64,000 nt of DNA, from the IMG/VR virus record IMGVR_UViG_3300017766_003100, positions 1 through 64,000 of that record. One strand, written 5' to 3'. Origin of the DNA: a virus (taxonomy: Duplodnaviria > Caudoviricetes). Shown in pieces: positions 1-8,979 of this stretch. Below the pieces are notes generated by a model. That model ran no database searches. It was not told the DNA's origin and saw only the letters and a program-made list of their open reading frames with translations. Position numbers and translations under genes: made by a program. The number at the start of each line of letters is the position of its first letter. Within the stretch, counting starts at the first letter, position 1.

Positions 1-195
1 ATTGAACCCATAATTAAAAAAGAATCTTATCAAGTTAATTTGACATTTGATGACGAATTTGTAATAACAAGAGATTCTAAATTTACAATTAAAATTTTTC
101 CCAAAAAAGAAGTTTCAATAACAAAAGACAATACAATAATTTTTGAGGAAAAAGATATTACTGAATTTGTAAAATTTTTGGAAGAAATTAATTAA
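1..195 (+). CDS. 3' part of a hypothetical protein (runs in from left edge)
   Basis: Frame 1 open from base 1 (IEPIIKKESY...) to TAA at 193-195. Confidence 0.6.
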   Translation: MEPIIKKESYQVNLTFDDEFVITRDSKFTIKIFPKKEVSITKDNTIIFEEKDITEFVKFLEEIN

Positions 196-201
196 AAAAA
201 G

Positions 202-231
202 TCCCCATTTAATTTTGATATTAGGTGGGGA
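202..231 (+). terminator. Hairpin after the first ORF, possible intrinsic terminator
   Basis: tccccatttaat / tttgat / attaggtgggga stem with G-U pairs, followed by tttctt. Confidence 0.5.
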
Positions 232-244
232 TTTCTTAATTTTG
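214..244 (+). promoter_or_regulatory. Bacteroidota primary-sigma promoter
   Basis: TTTG (214-217), 19-nt spacer, TAATTTTG (237-244) matches TTTG-N19-21-TAnnTTTG; 25 nt before ATG 270. Confidence 0.65.
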
Positions 245-269
245 TGAAACAATTAAAACGAATAAAACA

Positions 270-758
270 ATGGGAACAAACTACTACAGAATTCCAAGTG
301 TGGAAGAAATGGAAAAAAGAAAACAAGAATTGATTGATACCATTAATTCTTTAGATATTCATCCATTTTCAATTCAAAGAAACTTTAGAACAATTAAAAA
401 ACAAATTGATTCTATTGATTATTACTCAATTTGGGATTTGTTTGTTGAAGGTGCAAACATTCACTTAGGTAAACGTAGTAGTGGATGGAAGTTTTTATGG
501 AATTTCAATGACAAAAAATTTTATTCAAATAAAGAAGAATTATTGAACTTTATAAGAACAGGTAGGGTTGTAGATGAGTATGGTAATGAAATGGATGTTG
601 AAGAGTTTATCACAATGGCACTAGTATGGGGACAACCTGATGGTTATGACCATAAAAAATATCGTAGAGAACATCCACGACAATACCACTACGATTTTGA
701 ACAACCTGAAGAATATATAGATGGATTAAGAGTTTCACCAAATACTGAATTTAGTTAA
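270..758 (+). CDS. Hypothetical protein
   Basis: 162-aa ORF with A-rich start context; no motif recognised. Confidence 0.75.
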   Translation: MGTNYYRIPSVEEMEKRKQELIDTINSLDIHPFSIQRNFRTIKKQIDSIDYYSIWDLFVEGANIHLGKRSSGWKFLWNFNDKKFYSNKEELLNFIRTGRVVDEYGNEMDVEEFITMALVWGQPDGYDHKKYRREHPRQYHYDFEQPEEYIDGLRVSPNTEFS

Positions 759-759
759 T

Positions 760-1770
760 ATGGAAAGAAAATTAGCGAGCATACAAATAGTAAAAGAAGT
801 TAGACCAATAGTTGGGGCTGACGCTATAGAAGTTGTTAGAATAAACAATTGGGATGTTGTATCCAAAAAAGGAGAATACAAAGTTGGAGACTTTTGTATC
901 TATTGTGAGATTGACTCCTTCTTACCCATTAAAGAAGAATTTGAATTCTTAAGAAAAACATCATACAAAAAAATGTCTGATGGTAGTGAAGGATTTAGAT
1001 TGAAAACAATAAGATTAAGAGGACAATTAAGTCAAGGTCTATTGTTACCAATAAGTGTTCTTCCAATTGATATGGAACTAACTGAAGGAGAAGATGTTAC
1101 TGAAATGTTGGGTATATTTAAATACGAACCCCCAATTCCAGCGGAACTTCAAGGTAAAGTTAAAGGTATGTTTCCATCTTTTATAAGAAAAACAGATGAA
1201 GAACGTATCCAAAACTTATCAAGTGAATACGAAAATATCAGATTGTCTGGTAAGGCATTTTATGTCACTGAGAAGTTGGATGGTTCAAGTGCTACATTCT
1301 ACTACAAGGATGGTGTATTTGGGGTGTGTGCAAGAAATCTTGAGCTATTGGAGACTGAGGGTAATTCCTTTTGGAAAGTTGCAAGAGAATTGAATTTGGA
1401 GGAATCTTTATCTAAATTGGGTTATAATGTATGTGTTCAAGGTGAAATCATCGGAGAAGGAATCCAAGGTAACCCATACAAGATAAAAGGTCAAACTGTT
1501 AAATTCTTCAACGCATTTAATATTGATGAACAAAAAAATATCCAATTTACTAAATTCCTAATGTTAATGGAAGATTTGGGTTTAAAAACAGTTCCAATAT
1601 TGGATTACGAATTTGTACTTCCAAAATCAATTGATGAATTATTGTTATTTGCTGAAGATAAATCTCAACTTAATGGGAACTTTGATAGGGAGGGTGTTGT
1701 TATAAGAGCATATGATAGAACAATATCATTCAAAGTTATATCAAACAAATTTTTGTTAAACGAAAAATAA
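760..1770 (+). CDS. RNA ligase (DRB0094/Rnl2-like family)
   Basis: N-terminal OB-like MERKLASIQ...CIYCEIDSFLP; motif I YVTEKLDGSS; GEIIG; REGVV; FKVISNKFL. Confidence 0.9.
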   Translation: MERKLASIQIVKEVRPIVGADAIEVVRINNWDVVSKKGEYKVGDFCIYCEIDSFLPIKEEFEFLRKTSYKKMSDGSEGFRLKTIRLRGQLSQGLLLPISVLPIDMELTEGEDVTEMLGIFKYEPPIPAELQGKVKGMFPSFIRKTDEERIQNLSSEYENIRLSGKAFYVTEKLDGSSATFYYKDGVFGVCARNLELLETEGNSFWKVARELNLEESLSKLGYNVCVQGEIIGEGIQGNPYKIKGQTVKFFNAFNIDEQKNIQFTKFLMLMEDLGLKTVPILDYEFVLPKSIDELLLFAEDKSQLNGNFDREGVVIRAYDRTISFKVISNKFLLNEK

Positions 1771-1778
1771 ATAAAACT

Positions 1779-2057
1779 ATGGCTAAGAGACTTTCATATC
1801 AAGAAAAAAAAGAAAAAATGCTTGTTGACATCTTGAATAAGATGTTTGAAATTGCTGGCCACGATGTTACTTTTGAGGATATAAAAGACCGTAAAGATGC
1901 GTGGTATAATGATTGGACAATGACTGAAGAACAATACGAAGAATGGAAAAAATGGGGGGCAAACCAAATCAAAAAAGTAATGAAGTATACTGATACTTAT
2001 GCCGACAGACAAATGTCAATGATTGGTGCAAATTGGGGTCTTAAATTTAATAAATAA
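1779..2057 (+). CDS. Hypothetical protein
   Basis: 92-aa ORF in operon-like spacing. Confidence 0.7.
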   Translation: MAKRLSYQEKKEKMLVDILNKMFEIAGHDVTFEDIKDRKDAWYNDWTMTEEQYEEWKKWGANQIKKVMKYTDTYADRQMSMIGANWGLKFNK

Positions 2058-2083
2058 GATATTTATAGTAAAGAAACTATTTA

Positions 2084-2497
2084 ATGGAACGAGATATAAT
2101 AACCTATCAAAGTATTTTTTTGGATGATGTTATTATTACCGTGTTATTTAAAGAAAATGAAAACTATGAGTTATTTACCAATTTTTTCGACCAATATGGT
2201 TTTGGATTTTATTATCCTAAAACAAAAACCATAATCATTGATGGTGAAATTTTTGTAAATACTGATTTAGATTTTGATGATTTAAGATTTGTTGAAGCAC
2301 ACGAAATTGCTCATCTTATGTTAGGTCATATAGGTGGTGAGAGATATGATGAAGATGAAATTGATGCCGACCTCGCAGCTTATAAACTTCTTACAAATAA
2401 AGGATTATCAACTAAAAGGTTAACTGATTCTTTTGAAGATAGACACGGAATTAAATTCTCAAAGAAATTATTGAAAAGGTTAGAAGGAAGATTATAA
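2084..2497 (+). CDS. Zincin-like metallopeptidase (ImmA/IrrE-like HExxH)
   Basis: AHEIAH followed by downstream EIDADLAA. Confidence 0.65.
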   Translation: MERDIITYQSIFLDDVIITVLFKENENYELFTNFFDQYGFGFYYPKTKTIIIDGEIFVNTDLDFDDLRFVEAHEIAHLMLGHIGGERYDEDEIDADLAAYKLLTNKGLSTKRLTDSFEDRHGIKFSKKLLKRLEGRL

Positions 2498-2498
2498 C

Positions 2499-2527
2499 AA
2501 AGTACAACTCAGGTTGTACTTTTTTTG
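2499..2527 (+). terminator. Intrinsic terminator
   Basis: aaagtacaac/tcag/gttgtacttt plus T-run. Confidence 0.8.
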
Positions 2528-2594
2528 TTTGAGTCATATTTATCTGATATAATAAAATTATATTCAGACTTTTTGTTTTAAACTCTATCAAAAT

Positions 2595-3404
2595 ATGTTA
2601 ACTATAAATAATTATCCCGATAAAAATGTTCTTCTTGGAGAAGTTCCTGGTAATATTGATGTTAATTTTGATAAAGCTCTTGAATCATTAATTAATTATT
2701 GGATTTCAAATAAACAATATAGTATTTCAATTAATAAAGTCCCAAATAATCCTAATGCTGTAACATTTGTAACAAATACTTGGACAAAAAAGGAAGATGG
2801 TAGTTGGCAGGCGGGTGACAATCAAGATTCAACATTTAAACAATGGGTTGAGGGTTCATATAATAAAAATGAACAAGTAAGTAAAAATGGAACATTTTCA
2901 GTTGATTTAACAAAAAAACAAATAATATTTACTCCCCCTACAACAACTACAACTGAAATAAATTGGAATAATTATCCTTGTGTAACTAGTAACCAAACTA
3001 AAAAAGAAATAAAAGCGAATGATGGTAGTATAAGTTATGAAATCAGTGGGTTTACATATTTTGGTAATGGTACTAAAAAAGATAAAAGTGGTGTCACATC
3101 TAAATATGAATGTACCGATAACAAAACAATATCTACAGGAACAACAAATTCTTTTAGTATTGGTTCTTCATCGTCTTCATCTTCTTCTTCATCAACTGGT
3201 TCAAACACAAGTGGTACACATCAAGAAGGTTTATCATATTGGGAAGGAGAACTTGAAAAAAAGGGTCCAGTAACTATAAAAACAGCGGTAAATCAAATTG
3301 GTAATTTAAATAAAGATGATAAAACAAAAGTTACTGAAAATACAATTACACATAAAATACTTAATGAACAAATTTTAAGAATAAAAAAACTAATGAATTT
3401 ATGA
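2595..3404 (+). CDS. Putative virion (head-cargo) protein with WxNYPCVTSN domain
   Basis: Thr/Ser-rich linkers; domain shared with ORF 28714; C-terminal ILNEQILRIKKLMNL. Confidence 0.7.
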   Translation: MLTINNYPDKNVLLGEVPGNIDVNFDKALESLINYWISNKQYSISINKVPNNPNAVTFVTNTWTKKEDGSWQAGDNQDSTFKQWVEGSYNKNEQVSKNGTFSVDLTKKQIIFTPPTTTTTEINWNNYPCVTSNQTKKEIKANDGSISYEISGFTYFGNGTKKDKSGVTSKYECTDNKTISTGTTNSFSIGSSSSSSSSSSTGSNTSGTHQEGLSYWEGELEKKGPVTIKTAVNQIGNLNKDDKTKVTENTITHKILNEQILRIKKLMNL

Positions 3405-4072
3405 CATTTATTAAACCAATTAAATATGGTCATTTGACAAATGAAACGTCAAAAAAACATATATACACCCCCGATAATGTTGATTCCGTTTTAGCACCAT
3501 ATGAAGGGGTTATTACAGATGTTAATTATTCAAAATGCGATGGGTTGATTCAAATTTCACATTTATTAAATGGTAAAGTATTTTATTCTGAAATATGTGG
3601 AGTGAATAAAAATATTTATGTTGGAAGTGGCATGAGTGTAAAGAAAGGAGATATAATAGGACAATGTGGGGGTAAAGATATTAAATTTGTTATTAAAGAT
3701 TCAAATAAGAATGAAATTGACTTACAACCTTTTTTTGTTGGTAAATTTGAACCTGATAAAAAGGATTTAGATAAAAAAGATTCGGATAAAGAAAAAAAAG
3801 AAAAAGGTTTAGGTAAACCATCGTCAGATAATGAAAAAAACAAAGAAAATAAAAAATACCAAAAAAATAAAGAAGACGATGAGGATGAAAACAAACCTTG
3901 GGATTTTACAAATTATGAACCAGGTATGACGTTACCAAATTTGTTTACAGCCGCAGCATTAACCCCATTTGATTTTATTGAAAAAGCTTTGAAACCAAAA
4001 AGAAAGGAAAAAAAAGAAGAAATTGAAAATTTACAAGAAGAACTAAAAAGAATAAAAAAACTATTAAAATAA
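3401..4072 (+). CDS. M23/LytM-like domain protein, probably non-catalytic, putative virion protein
   Basis: VLAPYEGVIT...SVKKGDIIGQCG resembles the M23 hybrid fold, but the HxH motif is absent; C-terminal LQEELKRIKKLLK. Confidence 0.55.
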   Translation: MTFIKPIKYGHLTNETSKKHIYTPDNVDSVLAPYEGVITDVNYSKCDGLIQISHLLNGKVFYSEICGVNKNIYVGSGMSVKKGDIIGQCGGKDIKFVIKDSNKNEIDLQPFFVGKFEPDKKDLDKKDSDKEKKEKGLGKPSSDNEKNKENKKYQKNKEDDEDENKPWDFTNYEPGMTLPNLFTAAALTPFDFIEKALKPKRKEKKEEIENLQEELKRIKKLLK

Positions 4073-4103
4073 AAAATCCCCATCTTAAAAAGTGGGGATT
4101 TTT
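4072..4103. terminator. Bidirectional terminator
   Basis: aaaaatcccc-N12-ggggattttt between convergent genes. Confidence 0.8.
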
Positions 4104-4124
4104 ACTTTTAGTTAGAAATTAAAA

Positions 4125-4289
4125 CTATTTCTCAACTTTAGCTGTGTCAACAGAAGGAGTTGTAACTGTAGTAGCTTCAACTTTAGTTGAATCTTCAGTT
4201 GTTTTAGTTTCTTCAGTTTTTGCAGTTGTTCCACAAGATGTGAAAACTAAGCTCAAAGTTACAATTGCTCCAAAAAGTACGTTTTTCAT
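4125..4289 (-). CDS. Small lipoprotein, 54 aa (absent from the ORF track)
   Basis: Own translation: MKNVLFGAIVTLSLVFTSCGTTAKTEETKTTEDSTKVEATTVTTPSVDTAKVEK*; lipobox FTS-C-G. Confidence 0.85.
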   Translation of the reverse strand: MKNVLFGAIVTLSLVFTSCGTTAKTEETKTTEDSTKVEATTVTTPSVDTAKVEK

Positions 4290-4423
4290 TTTTTTAAGTT
4301 TTTTTTAAGATTTAATTTTGTTTTAGTTATTGAACACTTAATAAATACACAATATGTTTTAATAAGTCAAATGTATTTAAAAAATTTTATTAAAAATTAT
4401 ACTTATAAAAAAAACTAAATAAT

Positions 4424-4780
4424 ATGAACTGGAAAAACACATTAATTATTGTGGTGTCTATTTTACTGATTGGAATGTTTTTGGGTTATTTGATAAGTTA
4501 TAACGCAAAAGAGACAAGAAGTCTCCAACAACAAATTATAGATGCTGAAAGAAAAGCAATTGATTCCTTACACAAGGAATTGGTAACAATGAAATCTGAG
4601 AGAGAAAAAATGGAATCTCAACTTGAATCACTAACTATGGGTATTAGTATTAGTGAATCAAACTTATCAACAAAAATAAACCAACTAAAAATTCAGAACA
4701 ATGTTAAGATTGATGCTATTACTAGCAGTACTAATGACCAACTCCTTGATGGTTTACGCGCAAGATACAATAAAAAATAA
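4424..4780 (+). CDS. Membrane-anchored coiled-coil protein (i-spanin-like)
   Basis: N-terminal TM (LIIVVSILLIGMFLGYLI) followed by heptad-rich region. Confidence 0.55.
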   Translation: MNWKNTLIIVVSILLIGMFLGYLISYNAKETRSLQQQIIDAERKAIDSLHKELVTMKSEREKMESQLESLTMGISISESNLSTKINQLKIQNNVKIDAITSSTNDQLLDGLRARYNKK

Positions 4781-5195
4781 TAAAGATTCTATTGAACCCA
4801 AAATCGATTTAATGGTCATCAACGGTGACACATTGTTTACAATGAATAGAAAGTTTGCTGAAAGAATTGCAATCGAACACGATTCATTAGAAATAATGGT
4901 AGACAAATTTAAAGAATGTAATGATGTGCTTTCAGCTAGTTTGGAACTTAAAGACCAATATAAAGTAGCTTTGGATAAATCAGAACAAGTTTCTGATATG
5001 TTAAGAAAGGAAGGTGATAAAAAAGATAAAATCATCAAGGGATATCAAACAATAGATGAGTCACAACAAAAGATTATTGGCGAATTACATAATGAATTCA
5101 AAAAAGCAAGAAATAGGAATAAATGGTTAACTGGATTAACCATAGGAGGTGTTTCAGTGGGGTTTACTTCAATTATCCTTTTACTACTAAAATAA
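4701..5195 (+). CDS. Signal-peptide, coiled-coil protein with C-terminal TM (spanin partner-like)
   Basis: Starts inside the previous gene in +1 frame (80-nt overlap); VYA|QD signal; C-terminal hydrophobic WLTGLTIGGVSVGFTSIILLLLK. Confidence 0.55.
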   Translation: MLRLMLLLAVLMTNSLMVYAQDTIKNNKDSIEPKIDLMVINGDTLFTMNRKFAERIAIEHDSLEIMVDKFKECNDVLSASLELKDQYKVALDKSEQVSDMLRKEGDKKDKIIKGYQTIDESQQKIIGELHNEFKKARNRNKWLTGLTIGGVSVGFTSIILLLLK

Positions 5196-5248
5196 GTTTA
5201 TTATATTTTTTAGGTCTTCGGACATAAAAAATTAAATAATTTATTATT

Positions 5249-5623
5249 ATGGGAATTACTTATTTTGCTTTAGGTATGCTCTCGATGTTGGCTCTATTAT
5301 TTGTTGGAGTTATTGTTTGGGGTTTGGTTAAGGTACTAAGAATTGAAAGGCAGATTGTTGCCATAAAAGAAAACCAAAAATTTGATATTGATAACGTTCA
5401 ACGTCAATTTGAGAATGTTTATAGGTCTATAAGTGACCATAGGGATGATTTTTCAAGGGGAGTTCACGAACTTACTAGAAGTACTAATCAACAATTTGAT
5501 AAAATGGAACAATATGAAATTAAACGTTTTGATGAATTGTTAACAATAATTCATAATAAATTTGATGACTCAATACGTTATACTGATAAAAGAGTTGACA
5601 AATCATATACTAAGCTTCAATAA
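5249..5623 (+). CDS. Membrane-anchored coiled-coil protein
   Basis: N-terminal hydrophobic helix of about 25 aa, then coiled coil. Confidence 0.65.
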   Translation: MGITYFALGMLSMLALLFVGVIVWGLVKVLRIERQIVAIKENQKFDIDNVQRQFENVYRSISDHRDDFSRGVHELTRSTNQQFDKMEQYEIKRFDELLTIIHNKFDDSIRYTDKRVDKSYTKLQ

Positions 5624-5655
5624 AAAAAACCCCTTCTTAACGGAGGGGTTTTTTT
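5622..5655. terminator. Intrinsic terminator
   Basis: aaaaaaaacccctt-cttaacg-gaggggttttttt. Confidence 0.8.
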
Positions 5656-5700
5656 ATTACCTCCACGATTTTTTACGACCTCCACGATATTTATAATAAA

Positions 5701-6264
5701 ATGAATATTATGAAAAAAAGAGACAAAAGAAGAATGGGAAGTTGTACTTGTAGTAATTGTGGGGTTGAGTTTGAAAAACCTTTAAGTGAGTTAAACCGTA
5801 ATGAAAAATTGGGTAGAAAGAATTTCTGTTCAAGGAGTTGTATAGGTCATTATAACACAGAAAGATTGTTAAATGTAAAAAATCGTTATGATATAAGTAA
5901 ACATTCTGGTAATGTTAGAGATAAATTCACAGGATTGAGAGATTTCTTAAAAAGAGTGAGAAACAGATTTAAGGAACACAATTTAGATTTGGATTATTTG
6001 AAAGAGTTGTGGGATAGTCAAAATGTTTGTGTTTATACTGGAGTTAAATTACAATTACCTAAAAATAAAGGTGTCAATAATCAAATATATACTGCATCAT
6101 TAGATAGAATTGATTCTAGTATCGGTTACATAAAAGGAAATGTTCAATTTATATCAATTGCCGCAAATCACGCAAAAAGTAATTTAAGTCACGATGAAAT
6201 GATTCTATTTTGTAATCTAATATATGAAAATAGAAAAATCCTTACCTATGGAGGTAAGGATTAA
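5701..6264 (+). CDS. Putative homing endonuclease (His-Me finger type) with N-terminal Zn ribbon
   Basis: CSNC...FCSRSC; VCVYTG; ASLDRIDSSIGYIKGNVQFISIAAN motif typical of phage free-standing endonucleases. Confidence 0.7.
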   Translation: MNIMKKRDKRRMGSCTCSNCGVEFEKPLSELNRNEKLGRKNFCSRSCIGHYNTERLLNVKNRYDISKHSGNVRDKFTGLRDFLKRVRNRFKEHNLDLDYLKELWDSQNVCVYTGVKLQLPKNKGVNNQIYTASLDRIDSSIGYIKGNVQFISIAANHAKSNLSHDEMILFCNLIYENRKILTYGGKD

Positions 6265-6268
6265 TTTG

Positions 6269-6646
6269 TGGAGGTATAGGGAGTCGAACCCTTTCCTGTC
6301 CATCTTAACTATTAAGGACTACATGTTTAGGACAACATTATTCGCAGTGTTCCGAGCTATTTGATTTTTATACACCCAAAATCAACAAAATCGGTCAATT
6401 CATTTTTAGGGATGAGAATTGATTAGACAACCCTATAGTGCTTCTGTTCCTGAGTTAACGCACCCCGACTCGAAAGTAATGACCTATTGACTAGGCTACT
6501 ACTGCTTCTTCAGCACGGATTAAACCTACTGCAGAAAGTTTGTTGATAACGTTGCCGTGTATCGTTTCAAACCAGTTTAACAGACTTAGTTTAGGTCTGA
6601 CATGCCCCGAATAACTAACAACGTCAGTCAATTCCAGATTACCCCC
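6269..6646 (-). ncRNA. ssrA: tmRNA
   Basis: 5' GGGGGTAATCTGGAATTGAC; 3' GGGTTCGACTCCCTATACCTCCA; acceptor stem GGGGGTA/TACCTCC with G3.U pair and A discriminator; P2 pairing TTAGTTAT/ATAGTTAA and GCATG/CATGT; tag frame 6556-6491 GNVINKLSAVGLIRAEEAVVA*; CCA not encoded. Confidence 0.92.
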
Positions 6647-6725
6647 TTTTGTAAAGTAATACAATAATAAATATAATGATTGAATAAACCAAGTTTTAAA
6701 AGTATTTATTAAGAAAAATTATTTA

Positions 6726-8126
6726 ATGAGTCCTAAAGAATTAGCTGAACAAGAATCTGAAACAATATTTGAAAATGACAATGTTAAGTTTATTGAAGTC
6801 CTAGGTTATCAAGCTATGGAATATTATGGTTCCGAATATTTAACTCAATATTATAGAGATAAAAAGAGTAGAGGTGCTAAAGTATTTTTAGTTATTGATA
6901 AAAAAGGTGATAAAAACTATGAAATATTTGAACCAAGATATGGTCAACCTCAAATACAAGATTTTGATGGGAAAATATGGGATTTTGGTGATGTTATTAA
7001 ACATCATCCTGATATTGCATTACAAGTTATTAATCTAACAGCTAGTAATACACCTTATGGTATTTTATTTAAAATTAAAAATGGTGTTGAGGTTGATAAA
7101 TGGCAATTAAGAGATGCTGATAATTGTTTTGGTAATTTAGTTTTCAATCAAAAAAATCCTGCTAAATCAATGATTGAGTTAGTTTTTGATGAAAGTGAAT
7201 TTTTTGATTTTTTTGAGTTTGCTGAAGGTGATTGGGATAAAAAAATACTTGAAAGTTTGTTTGGTGGTAGATATGGTGGGTATGGTTATGAAATTTTTGA
7301 TAATGATTGGGTTTATTACGAATGGAAAGATGGATATATTCTACGAAATCTTAACGATGAAAATGAAAAACTTCTTGAAAAGATACTAATACAAGCATCA
7401 CCAACAATCCTTGACCTTAAAGATGAAGGTGATGACAAGTATTATTCTAGTATTGCTGAATTCTTGGGTGATAATTTTAGTAGGGAAGCTGAAAATATTA
7501 TGGATGAATATCAAGATCAATTAAATGAAGGTGCTGATAAAAGAATAAAACAATATGCAATATCGGACATTGGAGACCCATTCAGAGATTATGGTGTACT
7601 ATTAAAAGGAGAGTCCTATTTTACTAATTATGTAACTACCGCTAATATACTTTTATCACTTTATCGTATTACAAGTGTAGATAAAACCAGTTCTATAAAG
7701 GAATTATTTGAAACATTAGGTAAAGATTTAAATATTATGATTGGTAGTTATAATGAAATTGGACGTGAATCTTGGGATATTGATACGGAAACATGGAATG
7801 ATGTTGTAAAAACTAACTTGGAAAGTATATTAGAGAATATTGCGGAAAATCCTGAAAAATATGAAGGAACAAGAAAATATGGTGAAGTTCTTCAAACATT
7901 AAATAAGATGGGATATGAAATTGGAAAATTTTATAAATTACCCTATAATAAATCAGACTCTTTCAGAATAACGAATGTAAATAAAGAAAACCTAAGAATT
8001 ACTTTAGAACATTTTATTGGAAATGAAGGAACTGTAAAAAGTTATTCTTTAGAAGAATTCAACAATTTTTTAAATTCACCAGAATTATTTGAACATTTAG
8101 TTAGAAAATTGAAAAGATTATTGTAA
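6726..8126 (+). CDS. Hypothetical acidic protein, possibly virion-associated
   Basis: 466 aa; TATTTAT motif 23 nt upstream; C-terminal LFEHLVRKLKRLL. Confidence 0.75.
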   Translation: MSPKELAEQESETIFENDNVKFIEVLGYQAMEYYGSEYLTQYYRDKKSRGAKVFLVIDKKGDKNYEIFEPRYGQPQIQDFDGKIWDFGDVIKHHPDIALQVINLTASNTPYGILFKIKNGVEVDKWQLRDADNCFGNLVFNQKNPAKSMIELVFDESEFFDFFEFAEGDWDKKILESLFGGRYGGYGYEIFDNDWVYYEWKDGYILRNLNDENEKLLEKILIQASPTILDLKDEGDDKYYSSIAEFLGDNFSREAENIMDEYQDQLNEGADKRIKQYAISDIGDPFRDYGVLLKGESYFTNYVTTANILLSLYRITSVDKTSSIKELFETLGKDLNIMIGSYNEIGRESWDIDTETWNDVVKTNLESILENIAENPEKYEGTRKYGEVLQTLNKMGYEIGKFYKLPYNKSDSFRITNVNKENLRITLEHFIGNEGTVKSYSLEEFNNFLNSPELFEHLVRKLKRLL

Positions 8127-8135
8127 TATTGTGTT

Positions 8136-8954
8136 ATGAAACACGATTACAATTTATTAAAAAAGGTTTTGTCCATACCTACGAAGACATACAAAGAGGA
8201 CTTAATGATTCAATTCCTGTGTGAATGGTTAACTGAAAACAACATCCCTTATCAAGTTGATAAGATGGGTAATGTTTATGCTGCCAAACAAACGGATGAG
8301 ATTGAATATTTCCCTTGTGTTGTTGCTCATACCGACACAGTTCACGAATTGGACACAATTAACATCCGAGAAATGATGTTACCCAATGACCAAAAAGAAT
8401 TAAAACCCGCATTAAAGGCTTTTAATGATGAAGGACAACCCACTGGTATTGGTGGAGATGACAAATGTGGTGTTTATGTATGTTTGGAATTATTGAGAAG
8501 TTTACCAAATATTAAGGCCGCATTTTTTGTTTCAGAAGAAACTGGTTGTCATGGTTCAAAAGAGGCTGATAAAGATTTTTTCTCTAATGTTGGATATGTT
8601 ATACAATTTGACGCACCTGGTAATTGGATGGTGAGTGAGTATTGTATGGGAGTTAAATTGTTTGATAAAAATTCAGAATTCTTCAATAAATGTGATAAAG
8701 TATTAACTGAGGGATTCAATAATAGAAACAAATATCAATCCCATCCATATACAGATGTTTATGCGTTAAAACAACAATTTGATTTCTCTTGTATAAATTT
8801 TGCGGTAGGATATTATAACTACCATACAAAACACGAATATGTAATTGTTGAGGATGTTTTCAATACTTTAGATATTGCCAACAAAATGATTGGGGATTTG
8901 GGGTATGTTAAATACCAAGAATCTATTAAAAATAATAGAAATTACATTTTTTAA
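8136..8954 (+). CDS. Zn-dependent peptidase, M20/M28 clan
   Basis: AHTDTVH, GGDDKCG, SEETG, FDAPG and YYNYHT metal-ligand motifs. Confidence 0.85.
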   Translation: MKHDYNLLKKVLSIPTKTYKEDLMIQFLCEWLTENNIPYQVDKMGNVYAAKQTDEIEYFPCVVAHTDTVHELDTINIREMMLPNDQKELKPALKAFNDEGQPTGIGGDDKCGVYVCLELLRSLPNIKAAFFVSEETGCHGSKEADKDFFSNVGYVIQFDAPGNWMVSEYCMGVKLFDKNSEFFNKCDKVLTEGFNNRNKYQSHPYTDVYALKQQFDFSCINFAVGYYNYHTKHEYVIVEDVFNTLDIANKMIGDLGYVKYQESIKNNRNYIF

Positions 8955-8979
8955 AGATATTTATTTAAAAATTTAAAAA

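Noticed and set aside
5214-5223. gtc-TTCG-gac tetraloop as a terminator
   Set aside because: Only a 3-bp stem and no U-tract
6269-6300. A tRNA gene suggested by GGTTCGACTCCC
   Set aside because: The matching 5' acceptor strand lies about 380 nt away with a tag frame in between, so it is the tmRNA T-arm
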